A stretch of 41,223 bases of DNA, taken from IMG/VR virus record IMGVR_UViG_3300020594_000004, positions 1-41,223 of that record; one strand, given 5' to 3'. The notes under the pieces are model-generated. The model saw only the letters and a list, made by a program, of their open reading frames with translations, was not told the DNA's origin and searched no databases. Numbering within the stretch: the first letter of the stretch is position 1; every line of letters starts with the position of its first letter. The translations under genes and the position numbers were made by a program. Origin of the DNA: a virus (taxonomy: Duplodnaviria > Caudoviricetes). This document shows positions 34,223 through 41,223 of this stretch, piece by piece.

Positions 34223-35866
34223 ATGGCCACGCTTGAACAGCTAGCGGAAGGTATCCGGCGGGCTCATGCTGCCGGCGATACCGAGAACGTGCAGAAGCTC
34301 GGGGCCGCCTATAGGGCGATGCAAGCCGAGGCATCTGCCGGCGGCTCAGCTGCCGCGCAGGCTAATGACCCTTACTTCACCGATCTTCCTGTACCGGGAA
34401 CCGCATCCCCTATGGAGGCACCGCCAGAAATGAAGGGTGGCACAGGGCCGTTGGGGAACGTGCTGCAAGGGCTTTCTGGCGTGAATGAAGGTGTGGCCAG
34501 CCTCCTGAGCCTGCCTAACACAGTGGAGCTGGGGCTACGGTCGATTGGCCCCGCTACCGTGAACGCTCTTGGCGGCGATGTCGCCATGCCGCAAGAGAGC
34601 TGGTTCCCAGATGCTGGCGCCAGCTTTCGCCGTCTAGGAACAGAAATCGGGGCAATCAAGCCTGAAAGCTCGGACCCAACCGATAGGTTTGTTCGGCGTG
34701 TAGGTCAGGAGGTTGGTGCAACGCTAATTCCTGCGTTGGGAGTGCCCGCAAAGGGAGCGGCGCTAGCCTCTGCGGCCGGCAGTGGGGTTTTTGCCGCAAC
34801 CGCGCAGCAAGTGGCACCTGGCAACGATACTGCGGAGACGATCGCTCAACTGATTGGCGGAGGTAGTCCGCTGTTCATCGCCAACAGCCGTGAGCGTGCT
34901 GCCATGCGCAAGGCAGCGCCGAGCATTGAAGAGCTTCGGACGCAGGCTGGCGGTCTATACGATGCCGCGAAGGCCAGCGGGGTTACGTTTCCGCAGACGG
35001 CTGTTAAGTCTGCGGTTGATGACATAACTGCTCGCGCACTAAGCGAGGGGCTTGATGAAACTCTGCATCCTGGCGCGGTTTCGGCGCTCAAGCGCCTTCA
35101 AGTCGCCTCGGGTACGGGGATGACAGCGCAAGATGCGCAGACCATCCGTAGAGTGATCGGAGGGGCGGCTGGGAACCCAACCAATCCCGATCAGTCGCGC
35201 ATTGCGGGTATCATGAAGCGCATGTTCGATGACGAAATTACGAGCGCGATCCCAGAGCTTGCCCCGGCTAATGCGTTGTATGCGCAGGCCAAGAAAGGGC
35301 AGATGGTCGAGGACGCATTTACTCGGGCTCGGGACACCCTAGGCGTGAACTACAACAACGCTGGGATGGTAACCGCTCTGCGGCGAGAATTTAAGCGGAT
35401 GATCGACAACCCACAAATGGCACGAGGCCTATCCCAGGCTGAAACAGACGCCATTCGGGCGTTTGTGCGCGGCGGTCCAGTCGAGAACGTGCTTAGGTGG
35501 GCAGGCCGCCACGCGCCGACCGGAACGCTGTCCTTCGGATCAACAATAGGGAGCGGAGCTGGCCTAGGCTTCCTCGCAGGCAGTCCGACTTTGGGTGCTG
35601 CGGCAGTCGGTGGCCTCGCTGGCGGAGGTATTGCAGCTCGTGCCGCTGGCAATGCCATGGCGATGAAGACGGCCGAAGAGATCAGCGCGATGCTTAGGGG
35701 AGGAACTGGCCCCATTCCAAGGATTGCGCCGAATACCGCGCAAGCGGCAGCGGCAGCTGGTATTGGGCAAGCATCAAACCAGAACGACAAGGTGACGCAG
35801 GAAATCATCGATCTGTTGATGGGTGGGCAGACCCAGGCGCAGTTGCGCGCTACGGCGCTTAACTAA
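34223..35866 (+). CDS. Ejection protein 3
   Basis: Ala/Gly-rich, MATLEQL...AHAAGD start; hydrophobic Gly-rich C-terminal segment. Confidence 0.7.
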   Translation: MATLEQLAEGIRRAHAAGDTENVQKLGAAYRAMQAEASAGGSAAAQANDPYFTDLPVPGTASPMEAPPEMKGGTGPLGNVLQGLSGVNEGVASLLSLPNTVELGLRSIGPATVNALGGDVAMPQESWFPDAGASFRRLGTEIGAIKPESSDPTDRFVRRVGQEVGATLIPALGVPAKGAALASAAGSGVFAATAQQVAPGNDTAETIAQLIGGGSPLFIANSRERAAMRKAAPSIEELRTQAGGLYDAAKASGVTFPQTAVKSAVDDITARALSEGLDETLHPGAVSALKRLQVASGTGMTAQDAQTIRRVIGGAAGNPTNPDQSRIAGIMKRMFDDEITSAIPELAPANALYAQAKKGQMVEDAFTRARDTLGVNYNNAGMVTALRREFKRMIDNPQMARGLSQAETDAIRAFVRGGPVENVLRWAGRHAPTGTLSFGSTIGSGAGLGFLAGSPTLGAAAVGGLAGGGIAARAAGNAMAMKTAEEISAMLRGGTGPIPRIAPNTAQAAAAAGIGQASNQNDKVTQEIIDLLMGGQTQAQLRATALN

Positions 35867-36098
35867 TCCACTTTCCAGTATACCAGCGCTTCCATAGCGC
35901 AAGAACCGCCATTGGCGCCAACGCGATGGCGAAGGTCAGCACGAGCGCGCCAACGCCAGACCCTCCAGGCGGCGTCGTGGTGGCCGTGCGAAAACACCAC
36001 CAACACGCCCAGCAAAAGCAGGCGACCCAAACAGCATTATAGATGTAGGTCGCGCGGCTTCGATTGTTTTTGAGCTCGTCAGGGCCAGATTGCTTCAT
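35859..36098 (-). CDS. Small two-TM membrane protein
   Basis: Two hydrophobic segments; convergent with and overlapping ejection gene 3. Confidence 0.65.
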   Translation of the reverse strand: MKQSGPDELKNNRSRATYIYNAVWVACFCWACWWCFRTATTTPPGGSGVGALVLTFAIALAPMAVLALWKRWYTGKWIS

Positions 36099-36110
36099 AG
36101 GAGACGCATA

Positions 36111-36857
36111 TCACGCCTCGGTATCTTGCGCCAACGTCACTGACCGAGTGCTGATTAGTGCGAGTTCGCCGCGTCCTATTGGCCCAAGGCGTGGCATGCT
36201 ACCCTCTGCTTCTCCAAAAATCGGCTGGTTCTGAGTGGTCAGCACTTTGATCTCGTCGGCGTCGATGGATGGCGACCAGTCCGAATAGAAGCCTGAAACA
36301 CCGCGTGCAGAGAACCGAACCTGATCGGCTAAGCCGTTGGCGAAAGTCCACAGGTATCGATCGTAGGTGGCTCTTGGCACCGTCCAATAGAAGTGGACGG
36401 CGTCATCAACCAATTCTTGGGTGAAGTCCATCTCGACTATGTATGAAGGACACCCCCAGGCGCTGCACTCCTGCTCATCGAAGTTGTCGCTGGGGGCTAT
36501 GTCCAGCGTAAAATTTTCTATCCGACGATCAGTGCCGAACATTCTGTAAGTGGGATGGCCCGTCCACGGGCGGCTGCGCAACGCGACTGTCGGTTGCAGT
36601 ATCGCCTGGATTACGCGCGTCTCCGCAAACTCCTTTGGGTGCGGCCGCCCGAGCCCATTTGATATCTCATAGTGAGTGAGATCGGAAATCGTAAGCTCAC
36701 TGGAGAAAAAGAAGAGCGTGTGAGGCCAAGGAATGCGCTCAGACCCCACCTGCTGGCCTGCGTGGTCGACTTCAACGATAGCGTGAGAGTACAAATTTGG
36801 AGATGCTATTTCACCCCCGGTTTTTAACCGAAGGGTTCGTTCCAAAGTGCTTTCCAT
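36111..36857 (-). CDS. Hypothetical moron protein (248 aa)
   Basis: Long ORF with GAGGGG RBS; no family recognised. Confidence 0.7.
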   Translation of the reverse strand: MESTLERTLRLKTGGEIASPNLYSHAIVEVDHAGQQVGSERIPWPHTLFFFSSELTISDLTHYEISNGLGRPHPKEFAETRVIQAILQPTVALRSRPWTGHPTYRMFGTDRRIENFTLDIAPSDNFDEQECSAWGCPSYIVEMDFTQELVDDAVHFYWTVPRATYDRYLWTFANGLADQVRFSARGVSGFYSDWSPSIDADEIKVLTTQNQPIFGEAEGSMPRLGPIGRGELALISTRSVTLAQDTEA

Positions 36858-36973
36858 TCGCCCCTCATGTTCTCCGTTAAATCAAGCAGATCGGCGGGAG
36901 AGAAGTCTAGCGGAGAGTGCCAATTTCACCACGCTGTCAATGCCAGTGGAGTGGTCAGCGTGGTGACGGGTTT

Positions 36974-37285
36974 CTATGCGACTTGGTCCAAGACTGGCAC
37001 GTCGCTCACATCGACATCATGCTCTGCATGCCAAACATCGTAAGCAGCCTGCATCCTCACCCAGAATCCTGCGCCATTGCCGAAGAGTTTCCCGAGGCGA
37101 ACAGCGACCGCAGGGGAGACTGGCTTGGCCTCGTTGAGGATATCGTAAAGCTGCTGGCGAGAAATGCCGAGCATATGGGCGATGGCCGTCTTGCTCCGGC
37201 CAGTGGCGGGAATGATGGTGGTCGCCAACAGCGCCCCTGGGTGGGTCGGGCAGCGGTCACCTCGCGTGGCAGCATAAACAGGCAT
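36974..37285 (-). CDS. higA: HigA-family antitoxin
   Basis: PTHPGALL...AVRLGKLFGNGAGFWVRMQAAYD. Confidence 0.92.
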   Translation of the reverse strand: MPVYAATRGDRCPTHPGALLATTIIPATGRSKTAIAHMLGISRQQLYDILNEAKPVSPAVAVRLGKLFGNGAGFWVRMQAAYDVWHAEHDVDVSDVPVLDQVA

Positions 37286-37328
37286 CGTTCGTTCCAATCG
37301 ATCAATCAGGGGCGGGTGTTGCCCTTAG

Positions 37329-37607
37329 TCAATGGTACTGCTCGAAGTCGACGTTGGTTGCATCCTGGTCGTCGAATTCGAATGTTACACACCACGGCCC
37401 ATTGACGTGAACTGTGTAGCGTGTGGGATCGAAGCCATTCAGAGGGTGAAAGTCGAACCCTGGGAGCTTCATCTGTTCAGGGGCAGATGCCGCATCGAGA
37501 GCGTCAAGGCGCACAATGATGCGGCTATGAAGCTTCTTATCGATCTTGGCTGTCGTCCCTTTTTCGAACAACTCGGCCAACCCCTTGTTTTTGAAGCTTC
37601 TGATCAT
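37329..37607 (-). CDS. higB: HigB-family toxin (RelE superfamily)
   Basis: MIRSFKNKGL..LF...FHPL.G...VNGPWCVTFEF...DFEQYH. Confidence 0.93.
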   Translation of the reverse strand: MIRSFKNKGLAELFEKGTTAKIDKKLHSRIIVRLDALDAASAPEQMKLPGFDFHPLNGFDPTRYTVHVNGPWCVTFEFDDQDATNVDFEQYH

Positions 37608-37612
37608 GGCTC

Positions 37613-37641
37613 TATGTAAGCTGACCGCTTACGTCTGTCAA
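37613..37641 (-). promoter_or_regulatory. higBA promoter with palindromic operator
   Basis: TTGACA-N17-TACATA; GTAAGC-tgacc-GCTTAC at 37616-37632; ATG 5 nt after the -10, so probably leaderless. Confidence 0.7.
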
Positions 37642-37679
37642 TGACTAGTTTACACATGCCCATCCAAAAAACGTCCGTA

Positions 37680-37706
37680 GCCTCGGTCTCAAGCCGGGGC
37701 TTTTTC
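37680..37706 (+). terminator. Hairpin plus T-tract
   Basis: GCCTCGGT...GCCGGGGC TTTTT. Confidence 0.6.
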
Positions 37707-37719
37707 TATGGAGGCCTAA

Positions 37720-38511
37720 GTGCCCGACGATACAAACGGCAATTACACCAAACCTGATGGCACGACTGCGGTTGACGGCCAAGTTGCGATGGCCTCGCAG
37801 CACAATCTTTTCGTCAATGATGCTGCTGCGGCTCTATCTCGGCGCCTGTTCGCGGACGGTAGAAAACCGTGGATTGGCAACCAGAATGCCAATGGCTTTA
37901 AGGTGACCGGTGCTGCTGTCGGTACCGATCCCGCTGACTATGTAACTGTCGCCCAATTGCAGGAAGCTATTGCAAGCATTTCCGGCGTTCCCACTGGCGC
38001 CCTTGTCATCATGACTGGTACGCAGATACCAGCGGGCGGCTATGCGATTTTAAACGGACAATCCCGCTCTCGAACCGACGATGCGGATTTGTGGGCCTAT
38101 GCGCAGGCCAGCGAAAACCTGGCATCGTCGGAGGGCGCGAAGACAGCCGGTCAGTTTGGTCCCGGCGATGGGTCAACTACTTTTACGCTTCCCAATCTCT
38201 ATGCTGATGGCGGCTATTTCATCCGACCCATCACGTCTGGGAGAGGGATCGGCACTTCTCAGGCTGATGAGGTGGCATCTCACGCACATACCGCCGTCAT
38301 TAGCCCGGCTGGCAAGCATTCACATACTTATTCGGCCTATGGCGGCGGCTCCGGCGGAGGAGTTGTTCCGAGTGTGGAAAACAGGCTCGCTCTTTTCAGC
38401 TTTCAAACCAGCGAAGCGCCAGATCACAGTCATGCGGCGACCATCAATGCCACTGGCGGGGCGGAAACGCGCCCAAAGAACATCGCCTACCCGGTTCTGA
38501 TCAAGACCTAA
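37720..38511 (+). CDS. Tail fibre protein with tail-collar domain
   Basis: VPTGAL...NGQ..SRT, GDGSTTFTLPNL, GG.ETRPKNIA..LIK. Confidence 0.88.
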   Translation: MPDDTNGNYTKPDGTTAVDGQVAMASQHNLFVNDAAAALSRRLFADGRKPWIGNQNANGFKVTGAAVGTDPADYVTVAQLQEAIASISGVPTGALVIMTGTQIPAGGYAILNGQSRSRTDDADLWAYAQASENLASSEGAKTAGQFGPGDGSTTFTLPNLYADGGYFIRPITSGRGIGTSQADEVASHAHTAVISPAGKHSHTYSAYGGGSGGGVVPSVENRLALFSFQTSEAPDHSHAATINATGGAETRPKNIAYPVLIKT

Positions 38512-38540
38512 CCCTCTCTTCTGCATTTCTGTCCGTTTTC

Positions 38541-38562
38541 GCCGCCCTTCGAGGCGGCTTTT
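38541..38562 (+). terminator. Intrinsic terminator-like hairpin
   Basis: GCCGCC-cttcga-GGCGGC TTTT. Confidence 0.65.
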
Positions 38563-38579
38563 CTATTTGGAGAACCCGC

Positions 38580-41144
38580 ATGGCTGGTGATCTCGTTCGC
38601 CCCAAAGACCTGCCTCCCAACTCGACCATCAACCCGAACGCGCGCATTCCTGCCGATGACGGCGCAAAGGTGTACGGCCCGACTCTGATTGAGGCGGTGA
38701 ACCAGGCGCGCCCGTTTGCAAATCAGGCCGAGGCAGAAGCCGGGAGCAACACGACAAAGGCGATGAATACCAAGACCGTTAAGCAGTCCATCGCTTACGA
38801 AATCGGCCGTACGATTGCCTCAGCAAGCCAAGGCGCCAAGGCGGATACTGCGATTCAATTGGGCGATCTCGCCCCTGTGGCCACGACCGGAGACTATGCC
38901 GATCTCACTGGAAAGCCTGCGCTAGGGACTATGGCTTTCGAAGATACCACTGCATGGACGCCCATTGATCAGGCGCTGCCGCCTGGTGGTGATTCGGATC
39001 AGGTGCTCTCTAAGGTGTCTGCTGCCGACTATGACGCGCAATGGGTGACGGTCTCTGCCGTTGTCCCAGACGATGGTGTGACTGAGCCCAAGCTTAATAC
39101 GTCGCTCACCCTAAGTATGGCCCCGGCCGTCACCAGCAAAACGGCGCTGAAGGCACTGAACACCTCTCGGTACACCACCGCGTTTCTGGCGGCCGCTGGT
39201 CTTGAAGGCATGTTCACTTGGCAGGGTTCTGATGTTTCGGGCGAGATGCTTGGGCCTGTCGTCACCAGCACTGCGGTCAACAGCGGTACCGGTACGATCA
39301 CCAAAGTCGCCCATAACCTGACACTGGGCGAGGCCGTGATCGTCACCAGCACGGTCAATGGTCTGAGCACGAACACGCTCTATTGGGTCATCCGGGTCGA
39401 TGCCGACAATTTCAAGCTGGCTACCTCGCTGGCGAATGCGCGGGCTGGAACGGCTGTCACCCTGACGGGGACTGCGAACTTCACGGTGCGGCAGCATCGG
39501 GACCCCTATGAAGGCGCCTATGTCCCGAAGAGTGTGGACATCACTGGCGCATCCGGCGCCTGGGTTCGTCCTGAGATCGGCACGGGTGCCGGCAAGGTGT
39601 CGTGGTTCGGAGCCGTATCATATCCGTCAAAGGCCGCGGCACTAGCCGGTGTCGGCTCCGGCAATCAGATCAACGCGTGTGCCGAGCTTTTTCCGTCCGT
39701 CGATCTAGGCATTGGGTTCCTGTTGGTCGATGAGACGGTGCGGGTCAAGACCTTCGTTTCTGGCGTCGACCCGCTACCGTCCGGCACGCACTTTTTTGGC
39801 CGCAACAACTACGATACCCGGCTGGTGGCAGCCAATGGACTGAATGCTCCGGTTCTGGACACCAATGGGGTTTCCTCCATTGGCCTGTCGAACTTTGGCA
39901 TCGAGGGCAACGGCGTCAACAACACGGGGGCAAGCACCCTCCTTATTCGGAACAGCTATTATGGCTTCATTCATGAGGTGCGCGTTCTCGATGGCGCAGC
40001 ATCCCATGCCGCGATCTATTCGCAAGGTTCGAACAATATCACCTATACCACGGTGTTTGCGTCAAACTGTCAGGGGGCAGGCTGGTTTCTTGATGCCAAC
40101 TCGCGGCACAACGTCTTTACCACCTGCGGTGCGGAGGATTGGAACCTTGGCGGGGCGACCGCTGGTGATGCAATTTGGGGTTGGACCGACAACGGGTCGA
40201 ACAACTACAATGTCAATACATGGCTTGAAAACCGAAACGGTCTCGCCACCGATTGCGCCTACCGCAGTAACAATCGTGATAACACCCTTGAACATGTTGA
40301 GATTACCGCTGGGGCGCAACCATTTGCCATCGGCATCCAACTCGGAGCATCGTCTGATCGCTGTCGTGTCATGAACCCTCATTTTGGTGGAACTGGTGGC
40401 GTCACCGCGCCTGTGGTGCTGTTGGGCACCAACAAATATCGGGAACTAGTCAACCTTTTCACTCCCGCAACCGATGTCACCAATACTAACACAGATGCGA
40501 CATCGCTTATTCGACGCGGCAACCAGATTTTCGATCTGGCAGCACTTCAGACGATAACCTCTACGAACGGCGCCTCAGGCCTGCGCCTCGATATCTATGG
40601 CGGTAGTACAAACCTGCTACGCATTCAGAATGCCGGCTCCACGGCGTGGGAGGTCGCTGGCTCGAACCACCTGCTGCCCGGTACCAATAATGCGTCCGAT
40701 ATCGGCAACGCGTCCCGTCGAGTGCGGGAAATTTTTGCAGTAAACGGGACCATCAACACATCTGACCGCGACAGCAAGCGGGACATCGGCGTAATTCCAG
40801 ACGAATGGCTTGACGCTTGGGCCGATGTTGAATGGGTCCGCTTCAAGTTCAAGGAAGCCGTGACCGACAAGGGGGAGGGTGCCCGTTGGCATGTCGGCCT
40901 TGTCGCCCAGCAGGTTATGGAGGCGTTCGAGGCTCATGGGCTGGACGCCTTTGAGCTGGGGCTTCTGTGCTTCGATGAGTGGGGTGATGAGTTTGACGAA
41001 GACGGCAACGAGATCGTCTCGGCCGGTTCGTCCTATGGCGTGCGCTATTCAGAAGCCGAGGCCATGGAGGCAGCGTATCAGCGGCGCCGGCTCGATCGGT
41101 TGGAAATTGCTATGCAGCAGCGGCAGATGCCCGTTCCCGACTAA
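38580..41144 (+). CDS. Tailspike/tail fibre with beta-helix and C-terminal peptidase S74 chaperone
   Basis: VATTGDYADL.GKP and LSK.S..DYD..W N-terminal repeats; Asn/Gly-rich beta-helix; TSDRDSKRDI...HVGLVAQ...GVRY.E. Confidence 0.9.
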   Translation: MAGDLVRPKDLPPNSTINPNARIPADDGAKVYGPTLIEAVNQARPFANQAEAEAGSNTTKAMNTKTVKQSIAYEIGRTIASASQGAKADTAIQLGDLAPVATTGDYADLTGKPALGTMAFEDTTAWTPIDQALPPGGDSDQVLSKVSAADYDAQWVTVSAVVPDDGVTEPKLNTSLTLSMAPAVTSKTALKALNTSRYTTAFLAAAGLEGMFTWQGSDVSGEMLGPVVTSTAVNSGTGTITKVAHNLTLGEAVIVTSTVNGLSTNTLYWVIRVDADNFKLATSLANARAGTAVTLTGTANFTVRQHRDPYEGAYVPKSVDITGASGAWVRPEIGTGAGKVSWFGAVSYPSKAAALAGVGSGNQINACAELFPSVDLGIGFLLVDETVRVKTFVSGVDPLPSGTHFFGRNNYDTRLVAANGLNAPVLDTNGVSSIGLSNFGIEGNGVNNTGASTLLIRNSYYGFIHEVRVLDGAASHAAIYSQGSNNITYTTVFASNCQGAGWFLDANSRHNVFTTCGAEDWNLGGATAGDAIWGWTDNGSNNYNVNTWLENRNGLATDCAYRSNNRDNTLEHVEITAGAQPFAIGIQLGASSDRCRVMNPHFGGTGGVTAPVVLLGTNKYRELVNLFTPATDVTNTNTDATSLIRRGNQIFDLAALQTITSTNGASGLRLDIYGGSTNLLRIQNAGSTAWEVAGSNHLLPGTNNASDIGNASRRVREIFAVNGTINTSDRDSKRDIGVIPDEWLDAWADVEWVRFKFKEAVTDKGEGARWHVGLVAQQVMEAFEAHGLDAFELGLLCFDEWGDEFDEDGNEIVSAGSSYGVRYSEAEAMEAAYQRRRLDRLEIAMQQRQMPVPD

Positions 41145-41223
41145 CTAGCGTGTCGAGTGCTTTCACCAATGGCTTAGCAACATGGCGCCCGATCGGCTTC
41201 TCAATTGCCGCATGGACCAGCCA
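41110..41223 (-). CDS. 3' end (partial) of a probable acyltransferase-3 (OafA-like) gene
   Basis: WLVHAAIEKPIGRHVAKPLVKALDTLVSRERASAAAA*; xxHxxIEKP resembles the family's C-terminal motif; only 37 aa visible. Confidence 0.5.
   Translation of the reverse strand, partial: WLVHAAIEKPIGRHVAKPLVKALDTLVSRERASAAAA

Noticed and set aside
41021-41104. Invertible tail-fibre shufflon
   Set aside because: The repeats are direct, not inverted, and no invertase is visible

Overview
The window is a near-complete (~41 kb) temperate phage genome of an alphaproteobacterial host, inferred from an alpha-type LexA box, a GapR/DUF2312 gene and a tRNA(CAT) att core. It has lambdoid control with a P22-like podovirus virion module. 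Lysis genes, a 3'-half tRNA attP core and the tyrosine integrase are contiguous, so this is the excised/circular arrangement. Gene order: lysis (245-1695); LexA-box Zn-finger gene; attP; int/xis; leftward early arm (HNH, exonuclease, ERF, hexapeptide-repeat protein); an RNA-rich accessory island with a type II TA pair; cI/cro with five palindromic operators; GapR, MTase and replication genes; late regulator; a cluster of structured non-coding modules; terminase, portal, scaffold and capsid; tail and ejection proteins; a moron island with HigBA; tail collar and tailspike. Most interesting leads: (1) a ~600-nt highly structured RNA cassette ending in a 30-aa hydrophobic peptide missed by the ORF track, resembling a type I TA system; (2) structured RNA modules in the late leader, one tRNA-like; (3) a repressor with no autocleavage domain alongside an SOS-box-controlled Zn-finger gene at attP, a candidate antirepressor; (4) two alternative tailspike 3' ends, one abutting a probable acyltransferase-3 gene. 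All calls come from manual reading and motif recognition; no searches or folding programs were run.
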